Source: Blastocladiella emersonii ATCC 22665 (lineage: Eukaryota > Fungi > Blastocladiomycota). Taken from it: DNA of 64,000 nucleotides. Where the stretch lies: assembly GCA_025594325.1 (NCBI GenBank), contig JANHCV010000012.1:1054001-1118000 (forward strand). Direction: 5' to 3'. Below are positions 1 to 11,217 of the stretch, one piece after another; positions within the stretch are counted from its first letter, which is position 1, and each line of letters starts with the position of its first letter. The position numbers were made by a program, and so were the translations under genes. The notes under the pieces were generated by a model. The model searched no databases. It was not told the origin of the DNA and worked only from the letters and a program-made list of their open reading frames with translations.

Positions 1-64
1 TCGAGGCCCTGCGACATCGCCCGTACAAAAGAGCGGAGGATCGTTGGTGAGAGCGAGCTTCCCG

Positions 65-1563
65 TCAAATTGAGCTTTCGAAGGCTGGGCGGAACGTGTG
101 TAGTCCAGGGGACTCGACGCCAAACGACCACTGTTTTGTGCGGCTGATGTCGAGCGATTCGAGTCTGGGCAAGCTTGCGACGAGTAGACGCAGCTCATCG
201 GGGGTAAATGTAGTAGCTGTGCAAGATGGAGAGGCTCGAGATCGAGGACGGAATGCTCTTGTACAACATTCCGCTGGTTTCTTCTGTAGCTTGAGCGAGG
301 GAGTTGTCTCGAGAACGAGAGTTTGGAGGCCTGTGCACAGACGGAGTGCGGCTGCGAGTGCAAGTGCCGCTTGCTCCTCGAGCCGAGCCTCACAGATGGC
401 GAGCTTGAGCAATTTCGTCGGCAGCGACCAGGTCCGTTTGCTTGCAGCTCCGGTCAGACCCGAAAAAAGCGCATTCAAGTTCGGCTCACCCTTGAACCCT
501 GAACCAGACAGTTTCAGCTCGACCAGCGTCAAAGGTAGCTTCGGCCGGGCGAGCAACAGCACAGGGCCGCTGACATGGATGGAAAGCGACGCGAGATGAG
601 GTGGCCAAGTCCATCGGCCGAGATCAAGTGGGCACACAGTCGAAAAGTCCCAACCTGCGCCGAGATCAAGCTTCACAAGCGTTGGCGGAAGCTGCAGCGA
701 GAACAAACGTTGCCAATCAACGGTACATCCGTCAAGTCGCAGCGGATCGAACGGCTTGATTTGGGCTAGAGAAGGCCGCGTTGAGGGCAGCGATGCCGGC
801 TGTTAGGATCGAGTAGGCTGGTTTTCAAATTTGAGATCGAGTACACGGCCAGCAGCAATGTCCTCGATGAGCGCAAAAACAGCGCCATCAGGTGAAGGCG
901 AAGCGGCACGACGGGTCCCCATTCCAAGGGCGAGCTGCTGGATCGCCGAAAGCTTCGCATAATGTCCGTTGTCCAGGGTTCCCGCGAGTCCGGAGTCTCG
1001 CCACCATTCGGTCAGAACTAATCGACCAGCACTTGCGGCCCTGGCAATCGATTCGTGCGGGCAATGTTCGCTCGTGAGGCTGCCTAATGCATGCAGCTTT
1101 GCAGGAAGCTTGACCTTACCAGCGGTGCTCGCATGCTTGAGGTTGAGGTCCGAACCGATGCGGAAGATGGTCCGGATAACGCGCGATACAAGCTCTTCAG
1201 GCAGCACGCGCGAGTACTGCGAAAGTCCGTTCCAGTCGCGCGGGTCGCTATGCAGGTGCACTGCACGAACCATGATGCTTTCCAGCAAGTCGCATATCAC
1301 TAGGTGTCTGAGTACTCAAGCTGGCGGCCCGAGCGGTGCCAAATATCAAGCACATAAAGCTGGCCAGCCATGCTCGCCTCGTCCATCGAGATCAGAAAAA
1401 GCTGCTGCACAACGGCACGCTGGACATCGGGTGCGCGCGCGGATGGCAGAACGCTCGAGTACTGCAGAATCTCGTTGATGTCGGGTGGGCATGAGAGCTG
1501 AACCGCGTTGCACAGCACGAGCTCAAGCACACAATCCGGAATTCGAGGTTGCATTAGCTTCAT
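65..1563 (-). pseudogene. F-box-like / WW-ankyrin-like / RNI-type LRR family member; rearranged (two N-terminal heads) and frameshifted
   Basis: Head 1 (ATG 1563, MKLMQPRIPDCVLELVL...) stops at 1300, overlapping a second ATG-less head (VICDLLESIMVRAV...EWWRDSGL). Two frameshifts around 810-730 lead into LRRs (LPPTLVKLDL, LPRLESLDIS), which end at 65. Aligns by eye with the copies at 31.2, 35.8-39.7 and 60.4 kb. Confidence 0.8.
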
Positions 1564-3497
1564 CCTTGCGCCCGACCTGGGTCTCACTGCGGCAGAAGAA
1601 AGAGCGGGCGGTGAGGGACGAAGGTCCGGACGAAGGTGTGGCGACGAGGGCGTCGCCCGTTCCCCTGAGCGCCCGCCCGCAAGCATGTGGCGTCAGGCAG
1701 TGCTTGTGGCGTCGCCTCACCGCTGCGTGATCAACCTGCCATAGCTAGTGTGGCGCAGCGCGTTCGCCTAACGACGACCAAGAGCCACCCGCACAATGCC
1801 GCGACGCAAGCACTAGGTGTGTGTGCTGCGCACACACTTGGGTCTCAGCTGTAGCTTTAGTCTGCCGTGTCGATGATGAGAACAGCAGCGCAGGTACAAC
1901 GCGCGCGGTAGGCACGCGTCCATGGCCAACTCCCCCACGGCCATGAGCATCGTGGCCGCGGAAAATCACGTTATTCGGTTGAGCAAGCACTCTCGCCGTG
2001 GCTCATGGTCGGAACTGAGGCTGGACTCAAACATGTCGCGCTGGCTGCCCGAAAGTCCGTGCCAGTTAAGTTAACTGAGTTAACAAAGTTGAGGAGCGGG
2101 AGAAGCCCTCGTGGCCAAGGTCGCGGCCGCCCACGCCGCCTTGTTCCTGAGCGCGGATCGTCCGCAGCCTTGCTGGAGAGAACGTTCGCCCGAGCACCTG
2201 CTCATGGTCCCGGTCCATGAGAAGCAGTCTAAGGAGCAGTCGACCTCACGCACCTGTTACCGCCGCGTGCTTTCTGTGTTGCGATTCGTAATCTTGCGAT
2301 CCACCTCGCCGAACTGGTACGAGGCTGCATCGGCGGCACTCTTCGCGAGTGAAGAAGCCACTGACGAGAAGGCCAAGGCCAGGTCCGCGGCAGCGACGGT
2401 CGCTGGGTTGCTGATCGGCGCGTGAAGGATCAAACGCGGTGTGTTGCAGTGGGCGGGAAGGTTAATATAAACTTGGATAATTGGGACAACGCCGTGAAGC
2501 GCCGCAGTGTATGATTTGGGCACCGCCAACCTCAATATTGGTCGTGTACACATCGCAGCTGAACTCCTTGTTGAGCGCGGCAAAGCCCGTGAGGATGATG
2601 AACTGGGCGTCACCCTGACTCGCGTTCTGGGCGATGGCTATCGAGCGGAACGCAACGAGCGTCGCCGTGAGTATCTTTCGCACGCGGCCGACGTCTGACC
2701 AGCGATCAGGACCGAGCCCAAGATGATCTCGACGCAGGGCCCGTCCTTGATGTCCATCGCGTCAACGACGTACATGTGCGCCTCGCCCGTAACCTCGTCA
2801 ACGACGCGTTGGAGCGAGAAAGAATTGTGTCGCGCAGGTCGACCCGCACGACGTAGTACGCGGTGTCGAGTACGATTTGCGGCTGACTACTTTCAATGCG
2901 GCTGACTACTTTCAGTACGATACAGCGGGCGCGTATACGCCTGACGCTGCTGACCCTTCTTTCTTATCGCCGGGCTAGGCTCAGTTAGCGGGCGTGATCC
3001 AGTCGTGGTCGTGGACCCCGGTGTTGTACTCACCGTCTGTTTCGGGGTCGCGTCGCGCCGCTCTCGCCTTGCTGCGTGCATGTTGAGCTTTCTCCAGTCA
3101 ATGTGTACGTCACGTCATCGCTACCCCTCAGTAATCACTTTGTAGACGCTACCCATCGCCGAGAATGAAATCATTTCTTTGCGAACGACAACCGAGATCC
3201 ATGACCTTGAACTACCTCCGTAATCGGGCGATTCACAAATTTTCAATTTTATTGCGCTTCAAGAGAAAAAAAAAGACGGATCAAAGCGCGACAGTTCGGG
3301 CGGCCAGATTGAAGTCAGTTTGGGGAAACAGCGGGAATAGAGGACCTATATTTTGCGCCGGCCGCTTCATAATGATTTTTGCGCGACCTTGCCGCTGCGT
3401 ATGTTGTTGTTCGAAAGCGGTCGTAACGGTTGTCGACGGAGCTGTAGGCGGGGTCGGAGAGCGGTGGCTCAGCGGGTGGCTCAGCGGGTGGCGCAGC

Positions 3498-4500
3498 AGT
3501 CACTGCTTGGTGAGCGACTTCTTTTCGCCGACCTTGTTGGTGATGATGCACGAGTTGTCGGCGGCCGCCTGCACGAGGTCGAACCACTCCGTCTTCTCCT
3601 TGAACGGCTTGCGGATCGTCTGCAGGGCCTTGGTGACCTACACAGAAGCGGCATCAGCAACTGCCACCGCGGCGACCCACACCGCGTCCGCGTACCTCCT
3701 TCCCGAACGCCTCGATATCCTTGATCCCGAGCTTGTACTTGAGGTTCCAGTCCTTGATGCGGGTGTATGAGATCGACGCCGCATGACCTCGCGCGCGCCA
3801 CAAGGGCAGACGACGAGGCGACCCTTACCGCTGCAGCTTGACGTACTGGATGACCTACTCGAGTCGACCGTGTCAGTCTCGGTCCGCGAGCACGCCGACC
3901 GAGTCGCGTACCTCGAACTCGGACTCGCACGTGCAGCCAGGCGCGTGCTTGAGGCCAGCGACGACCCGAGCAGCGAGACCTCGCCGCGTGTTCTGGAGCA
4001 CCGTTGAGGCTTGTCGTGGTTGACCGAGGCTATGGGTGACGTGGCGGAGACAAGTGAGCAAGGGATCGGGCGAAGTATACACATGGCGCGAACGGACGGG
4101 CCGCGTCACCAGGATCTGGGCCGACGACACGAGCGATGTCGCTCGGGAGCTCGGAGCCTGTCCGTGCCCACGATCAGCGCGAATCACGCCGAGAACGCGA
4201 AGGAGAAGGCCCGTACCGCGTAGCCTTGAGCTCGTCGCGCGCGAGTTGGCTGGCGGGCGAAGGCGCGGCGCTTGTCGTAGCCGCTTGGCGTACTTGGCGT
4301 CCTACCGATGGAGTTCGCGAGCATGTGAGTCTCGGCCCGTGGGAGCAGGAGACCGAGCCGCACACGGCGCACCTTGTTGCGACCATGGTCAAGATCGACG
4401 CGGGTGCGTCACGACGGCCCCCACGAGCGCCGCTGCAGCTTGATGTGCATCTCGAAGGCTACGAAAGAGAGCAAGGTGACCGTGTGACGCGTCAGCGAGC
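3498..4500 (-). pseudogene. Intron-rich gene remnant of unknown family
   Basis: Several GTACGC/GTGCGC/GTAAGG...AG introns separate GC3-rich exons such as STVLQNTRRGLAARVVAGLKHAPGCTCESEFE|VIQYVKLQR and ASISYTRIKDWNLKYKLGIKDIEAFGKE|VTKALQTIRKPFKEKTEWFDLV. Truncated at the insertion junction. Confidence 0.5.
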
Positions 4501-5488
4501 GAACGGACAGCCGGCGCGGAGGGCGTGGGAACGCGGCGCGAGCATCAAGCGCAGCAGGCGCAAGACCCGCCGAAGCGTGCAGGGCGTATCGCCGGTCTCG
4601 AGGCATGGCTGTGGATGCACGTCGCGAGGAGGGAGAGACCTCGGAGAAGGGGAGAGACGCGTACCGTGGGGTCACCGTGCCGCGGACGCGTGGCGGCGCT
4701 GGGCGGATGCGCGTCGACGTGAGATACATGGAGGGCGAGGGGTGACGGTGCAGGCGGTTGCGCGAGGTCGCGGGTGTTGGGTGGGTCGATAGCATGGCTG
4801 TTGGTGGTGGGGCGAGAGAGTGCGAGCCGCCGCGGCGCGAAGTCCGCGAAAAGCGAACGCGGCTGAAACGATCGACGCGCTCACGTGACGTTGGCTTCGA
4901 CGCGTTTTGCGGCTCGCGCTTCGCTGCAGCGCCGCGCTCTCTCCTCCCGGCGACGGTACCGCGACGTCGCACTCTATGAATGATCCATGAATCACTCGCT
5001 GCAAGCGTGTGGCCGTGCCGTGAGCTTTGGATGTGGACCGAGACGGACCTGCAGCAGCACGAACACGTCTAGTTGCGTTCGGCTTCCTCGCATGGTTTGC
5101 CGGGTCGTTGCGACCATTTCGATACATTTTCGCACGAGTTCCTTCACCACCATGTTCACCGTCGATCAGCTCCTGGTTCTGCCTGAGCAAGAGTTGGATA
5201 CAGACGTAGATCGACGCCTAGAACTACATTTACAACAAGTTGATCCAGGGCGCGTGGATCAAGGTGTGGGTCGACTTTCAAGGAAATGGATCAACGTCTC
5301 AATCCAGGTCGCCGCGAAGCTCATTCCAGCTCATCCCAGTCAAGGCTGGATCCACCTTCCATGATGGTGGATCCAGTCTGCGAAATCTGGATCCAGCGCT
5401 AGATTAATTCTGGATCCAGCGCTGGAAGGCTCGAGGTGGATCCACCCTGGATCCATGGGGCCTCGGCAGGCGCGGTTTGGTGATGACC
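3501..5488. mobile_element. About 2-kb insertion absent from paralogous block B; probable transposon-derived remnant
   Basis: Block B reads GCAGCAGT-GGGAGACAGC contiguously. Block A reads GCAGCAGT[CACTG...GATGACC]GTGGGAGACAGC, a possible 2-bp GT duplication. No matching TIR pair was found. Confidence 0.5.
5185..5460. repeat. TGGATCCA palindrome array
   Basis: Six perfect TGGATCCA at 5347, 5368, 5388, 5411, 5437 and 5448, plus degenerate copies upstream. An 11-bp inverted repeat CTGGATCCACC...GGTGGATCCAG spans 5346-5376. Confidence 0.85.
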
Positions 5489-6297
5489 GTGGGAGACAGC
5501 ACCGACCAACCGCTCCACTGTCACTCCAGGTTGACGCACATTTGAAGACTTTCAAGTAGGTCGCCTCGTCAAATAAGCAGTGTCAGAATTTTTATTACAC
5601 AGAGCTGAGGCCAATGCGGGGAGTCGGGGACTTGGAATGAGAGCTAGACCAAGAGAGTTGGGGTTGGGGGCCAGAACTGCAGACGAAGCTTGGTTCACGT
5701 GAAGGTTGATGTCTCTGATAGGTTCCAATTGCTCAAACAGAAACTCAGCTTCGTTAAAGCTACAGCTGAGAATAAGCTTCATGACATTCAGCGGGCACGC
5801 AGGGTATGGGGAGCGTTGATGTCAACAGTGATGGCCGACCTCGCTCGCATGCGTATGTGGCTGGAAGCGATTACGCGGCTGGAACGTGATATCGCGACGC
5901 GACTCTCGTTTTCGCGCCGGATCACAAGCGAGCTGCAAAGCACGGAGTCTCGCATCCGTGATAAGTCTTTTGCTCGTGACCTGGATGACGGGCGAGGACA
6001 GTCACAATGGGACAATGATTGGCGTGTGAGTGTCGTTTAATCACGAATCCCCTGCCAGCGCGCTTCAAGCTTCTGCGACATGCACTTGGCGAGCGTTCGG
6101 AAAAGCCCATTGTTGAGCGGGCGGCCCGCCAAATCGAGTTTCCGCAGCTAAGGTGGAACGTATAGTGCGGCACATGCATTTCTGGTGACTGACAGGTATC
6201 GATGCGTCCAACGGCCTGAGAGCAACTCGCAATGGATCGTATGAGGCACAAGATTACTTGTATATGAAGCTCTACATCAGAACTCAAGGTCAGCCAA

Positions 6298-6933
6298 CTA
6301 GCTCATATGCCACATAAATCTCGATTTGATCATCAATGTCCAGTTGTATGAGCGTCCAACCAAACCGTTAGTGACAAGTATCGGCCAAATTGTAGTCACG
6401 TAACGTACCTCGTCCAGGGACTTTTCGCACCTAAAGTCAACTGTGTAACCAAAAGGGTGGACGAACCGCAAGCGGTAGAGGTCGCCACCGCGCATTTCGC
6501 CCACACGGCGAGCAAGGACGTAAAACCGGCAGCCTAGTCTGACTTTGACTTCTGCGAGCGAGGGGGGGGGGCGAGGGGGAAAGTGAAGGTGAGAACCAGA
6601 GTTGAGATACGACGCTCGGACCTGGACTGAAGTACCAAAGCGATCCGTTTCACCAGGACCTTTGATATACACGGTGATCTTACCATCACGGTGCTGTTTG
6701 CGGGCCTCCTCGGCCTCGAGTTCGGTGCACTGCGGTTCCTGCTTGACCGTGTTGTCCAAATGGCGCAGCGCAGCCGTGTCCGGGTGGAGGGCCAGCAGCG
6801 GCTCGAGCTTCTGGAGCAGCGCGCCCTGCGTTAGGATTCGGGGTCCGGCACACCCTGCGTCTGCACGAGCTGCTCCAGCTTCGCAATGGCGGTCTTTCAT
6901 TTGTTGCATAGAGTCTTCATCCGAGTTCGACAT
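6298..6933 (-). CDS. Hypothetical protein (possible weak ubiquitin-like fold)
   Basis: 211-aa ATG ORF. The segment KITVYIKG...LAEVKVRL...RLRF...EKSLDEV is loosely ubiquitin-like. No firm homology. Confidence 0.3.
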   Translation of the reverse strand: MSNSDEDSMQQMKDRHCEAGAARADAGCAGPRILTQGALLQKLEPLLALHPDTAALRHLDNTVKQEPQCTELEAEEARKQHRDGKITVYIKGPGETDRFGTSVQVRASYLNSGSHLHFPPRPPPSLAEVKVRLGCRFYVLARRVGEMRGGDLYRLRFVHPFGYTVDFRCEKSLDEVRYVTTIWPILVTNGLVGRSYNWTLMIKSRFMWHMS

Positions 6934-7933
6934 GTTGACGGGACAGTTGAACTCGAGAGTTGGAGCTGGGAGCGCGACAGCGGCTTAGATGAAACCGAGG
7001 CTCGGTCGACGCCACACGGAAGGATCACGTCGGATCACGGACCAGGCGCCGCCACGCAAGCTCATCGTCGCGCGGCCATGGCCACGTTTGTTCCAGAAAG
7101 CGGAGGATCGGTAGTTAGCAACTCGGGGCCAAGAAAATGGAGAGGACATCAGGGTGTAACGTTTCATCCTTGACCGATCGCCGTACTTAAACCCATCGCG
7201 ACGGATCCCTCCTGCAGTGATGGCTACTCTGATCCCTTCGCTTTCCTTGGCGATATCAACCCTTTAAGGCCTCTGCGTGATTTTCTAGCCGTTAATACGA
7301 GTAGAGTTGGCATTCATCGAGCTGTTTCTGAAAGCCCGTCCGTTGAGGAGACATGTCCGCGGAACTTTGACGATCCACTTTGATTGCGCTGGCCGGCCAA
7401 GCATCTCGATTATATTGGCTTTAGACGATATGTTCCAATTCCAAAGCACCTTGGACACCATCCATGAGTCCGTCTCCGTCGTTGTGGAACGAGTGGGATC
7501 GGGGGCCTGCACCTGTGGCTGTGGCGCGGCGCGTGGGTGTGGCGCAGCGCGCCTTACATCTCCGCACCAAAGGTCGCTCATTCGACTTGCGTAACCACGT
7601 ATATTCCCGCATCGCTGAATCGGGCTCGAGGTATCCCCCCCGACTGAGCACACGCGCAACTTAAGAAACTGCGACTGCGGCGAGCATCATTCCCGTTCGT
7701 GGGTTTACTCGGACCAACGCTTGCTGACCAGCTCGCTGTTTCTCGATCTCGCGTGGCGAAGGCGCTCGAGCGTGCTGACTGCGCTCAGAGTTTCGCTCAA
7801 CCGACTCGCAACGACTGCCTGTCCACCAACTCAAGCCAACAAGAGCGAAAACAAGTGAGAGATCGAGCAAGAAACGCTATGTATACGCAACTCCATCCAC
7901 CACCTCTACCTCCTCCTCGTCACCATCAAAAAT

Positions 7934-10686
7934 TTACATGAAGCTGTACCACATCTCGGGCGGGTACCCGATCTCGGGGAGCACCTGCTTGAGGATCTGG
8001 CACATCTTCCAGGGCCCGCAGATGATGATCTTGAGGTCGGATCCGGGCTCGGGCAGCTCGCGCTTGAGGACGTCGGCCGACATGTAACCCGTGCCGTACA
8101 TGGGGTCCTCGCCGGCGGCGGGCCACGAGTCGGACGGGTGGTCGACGGTGAAGAAGAGCTTGATGTTCGGGTGCTCGCGGGCCTTCTGCTCGAGGATCTC
8201 GCGGTACACGAGCTCGGAATCGGCTACGGCGCCGTACAGCAGCTTCACGTCGAGGTCCTCGCGTTGGTGGTGGAGCACCGAGCGAATGATCTGGACCATG
8301 GGCGAGATCCCGGTCCCGCCGGCGATGAGGGCGATGCGCTTGACGGGCGACGCGGTCGCGCCGAGCCCCGACGAGGACGACGACGACGGCGGCTGGTGCG
8401 CGTCGCCGTCGAGCTCGGGGTTGCGGTGGCGGAGGTGCAGCTTCGGGAACGAGGTGCCGAGCGGGCCCTTGAACTCGAGGGCGTCGACGCCGGGCCGCAG
8501 CGAGTCGATGTGCTTGGACATGGCGCCGGCGTCGTCGACCTTGATGAGCAGGTCGATGTGGCCCGGGTCGTCGGGCCGCGAGATGGGCGAGTAGTACCGG
8601 ACGAGCTGCTCGCCGTTGAGCTCGGCGCGCACGGCAACGTACTCGCCGATGCCCATGCCCGTCGTGTGCCGCGCTGACGGCAGGTCGAACCGGAACAGCT
8701 TGACGTACTGGCCGAGCGCCGTCACGGAGCGCAGGCGGAGCGGGGTGAAGGCGTCCTTGACGAGAGCTGACGAGGGTGGGGAGGGTGAGGGTGAGGGTGA
8801 GTAAGAATGATGTACATCAATCAATCAATATCTGCGGGCAACGACAGCAGCAGCAGCAGCAACGATCGTGACGAGCGAGGCGAGGCCGCGACTGCCGAGT
8901 CCCGGGCGGCGAGCGATCAGAGCCGAGCCGAACGTCGCGAGACCGCGGCCGCGCCCAGGGCTAGCAAGAGCACGATCGTGGCGAGGCCAGCGAGCGAGTG
9001 ACCCTGCTCAGCGACAGCCCACGTTGATGCGATGCCTCGAGTCCACGAAAAGGAAGAGGACGTACCAGGCATAGCCGCGTGCTGCGTGACCGCGGCGGCG
9101 CGCTGACCAGCGATGCGGCCGAACACGACACACTCGAGGAGCGAGTTACCCGCGAGCCGGTTCTGGCCGTGGACGCCGGCCGACACCTCGCCGGCGGCGA
9201 ACAGGCCGGGGATCGGGACGCCCTCGGGCCCGACGGTCAGGGCGTCGGCGGCGGCCGACGACGGGCGCAGGACCTCGGCGACGGCGTTGATGCGGATGCC
9301 GCCCATGGTGTAGTGGATGGCGGGCGTGATGCCGCACACGACGAACGTGTCGTTTTCAGGGTCGAAAATCACGGGGAAGACCGACTTGAGGTGCACGTCG
9401 TCGGCAGCGCCCTGCGCGGCGGCGTTATACGCCTCGAGCGTGGCGGTCACCGACTCGGCGGTCGCGTCGGCGGCGACCATGCCGGCGAACCCGGCGTTGA
9501 GCAGGGCGGCGAGCTCGGCGGCGCCGCGCACCTCGGTGAAGAAGCCGCGCGACCGGTAGAAGCCGATGACGGCGGGGTCGAACAGGTCGACGGCGCGCTG
9601 GTTGAGCACGAGGAAGGCGCCGGCGCGCGGCAGCGGGGTCACGACGTCGCCATCGGCCGTCGAGTCCTCGGCGACCTCCTCCTCGGCGGGGAACTTGGAG
9701 CGCTTGAGGATGTCGGCGGTGACGGCGGCGCGGGTCGACAGCTCGTTGGTGAAGCGGTCACCAGAGCCCTGGGCGAGCAGGATGCCGCCGTGGCCGCGGA
9801 GGGCCTCGGGGGCGAGGAACTTGGTGGGCGCGTCCGGGTGGGCGGGGTCGATGAAACCCGTCGGGTGCAGCTGGACCTGGTCCATGTCGGCGAGCCAGAC
9901 GCCGAGCTTGCGGGCGATCTTGATGGCGTCGCCCGAGGCCCAGGGCCCGTTGGTGGTGGGCATGCGGAGCATCTGGGGCGCGAACTCGGCGAGCAGGTCG
10001 TGGTCCGCGGAAAACCCGCCGGTGGCGAGGACCACGGCGTCGGCGCGCAGCTCGAGCGGCATGCCGTCGAGCACGCCGCGGATCCCGCGCACGTGGCCGT
10101 CCTCGTAGATGAGCTCGGTCAGGGCGGCGCGGGTGAGGACCGTGATGGTGCCGAAGGCCGGGTCCGACTTGCGGTCGCGCTCGGCGTCGACGTAGGCGCG
10201 CAGGGCCTTGACAATGTCCCAGCCGACGGGCGCGGGCTTGCCGTCTTGGCGCGGCGACTCGCGGTGGGTGCGCGGGCGCGAGTGGCCGCCGCACTGCGAC
10301 ACGTTGTCGAGCGTGATGCCGAACGACTCGAGGAAGGCGTGCGCGTCCTTGGAGTTGGCCGTCAGCGTGTGCACGAGCAGCGGGTCGGACCGGCCGCCGC
10401 CCGACTTGAGCGTGTCGTCGGCAAAGTCGTGGACCGAGTCGTGGATGTCGCGCGCGGCCTGCGCGGCGGTCCCCGCGGCGTTCATGCCCGACGTCGCCTT
10501 GGCCGAGTTGCCGCCGAGGTTCTTCTCCTTGTCGAGCACCACGACGTGGGCGCCGGCGCGGTACGCCTCGATCGTTGCGGAGAGCCCGGCGAGGCCTCCT
10601 CCGATCACGATGGTGTTTGCGGGATGAGGGGGGAGAGGCAGGAGGTCGGCGGTCATGCTGTCGGCGGATCCGGACGAGTAGGGCAT
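7934..10686 (-). CDS. Soluble-type fumarate reductase (Osm1/Frd1, FAD_binding_2) fused to an NADH-cytochrome b5 reductase module; 2 exons, 818 codons
   Basis: Exon 1 is 10686-9066: GGGLAG, GGHS, VQLHPTG, EALRG, HYTMGG, GVHGQNRLAGNSLLECVVFGRIAG. The intron 9065-8767 is GTACGT...CAG. Exon 2 is 8766-7934: RYYSPIS, KGPLG, AGGTGISPM, CGPWKM. The splice joins the two in frame (P-A-L-V-K-D). The b5R part has no ATG of its own upstream of the domain. Confidence 0.85.
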
Positions 10687-11217
10687 CGTGGCGAGCGTGG
10701 AGGGGAGGGGCGGGGGAGGGCGGGGATCTTATGGGAGGGGCGAGCAGCACGTTCGTGGACGGTGGCGTTCGTTCGATCGCGCGCGGGCAGACGGATTTCA
10801 GAGCGGGAGTCGAGTCGTTCGCGCCGATGGAGCGGGCGAGTTCATGCGCTATCGGCAGCGAGTTGCATTAACGTTTATGCAAGGGGGCGGCGGGGGAGAG
10901 GGCGGCGGGCGGCCTGCCCTTTTGACGCGCGCGTTAGGCGTCGCGTTCTCGAAACGTGATCCCGGCGGTTTCCGGTGACGGATTCTGATTCACGCTGCGT
11001 CGGTTTCCGGGGACGTGACCGCCCGCGTCTCCCGAAACGCGACGCGTCTCACGCTGATTCGGGTCGCGCGTAATATTCGCTCTCACCACCCGCCGCCGAT
11101 CGGCCCATGTAACTCTTCGAGACTCTTCGCAACTTGCTGCGCTCTGCTCGAGTACGCGGCCCCTGCTCGCTGCCGGTCACGCCCACTCAGACTGACCCGC
11201 CGACCCAACCAGCCGTG
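10687..11217. promoter_or_regulatory. Divergent promoter region (FRD-b5R / S9 peptidase)
   Basis: Head-to-head genes. Contains GAAACGTGA (10951), ACGTGACCGCC (11013) and GACGCGTCTC (11041), all also present at 16.1 kb. Confidence 0.5.

Larger units (their letters stand above)
1810..5775. repeat. Duplicated spacer block, copy A (paralogous to 33623-35760), carrying extra insertions
   Basis: Starts with GCACTAGGTGTGTGTGCTGCGCACACACTTGGGTCTCAGC, identical at 33623. Colinear similarity continues through 1810-3110, 3450-3500 and 5489-5775 (e.g. CAGAATTTTTATTA, TTCACGTGAAGGTTGATG, TAAAGCTACAGCTGAGAA). Confidence 0.85.

Noticed and set aside
3740-3790. GHAASISY as a tyrosine-recombinase (Crypton/DIRS) catalytic motif
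   Set aside because: No R...HxxR motifs were found and the spacing does not fit.
8767-8830. GTACAT at 8815 as the donor for a standalone membrane-anchored b5 reductase
   Set aside because: The upstream exon would contain an in-frame TGA just before the donor, and no ATG is available.
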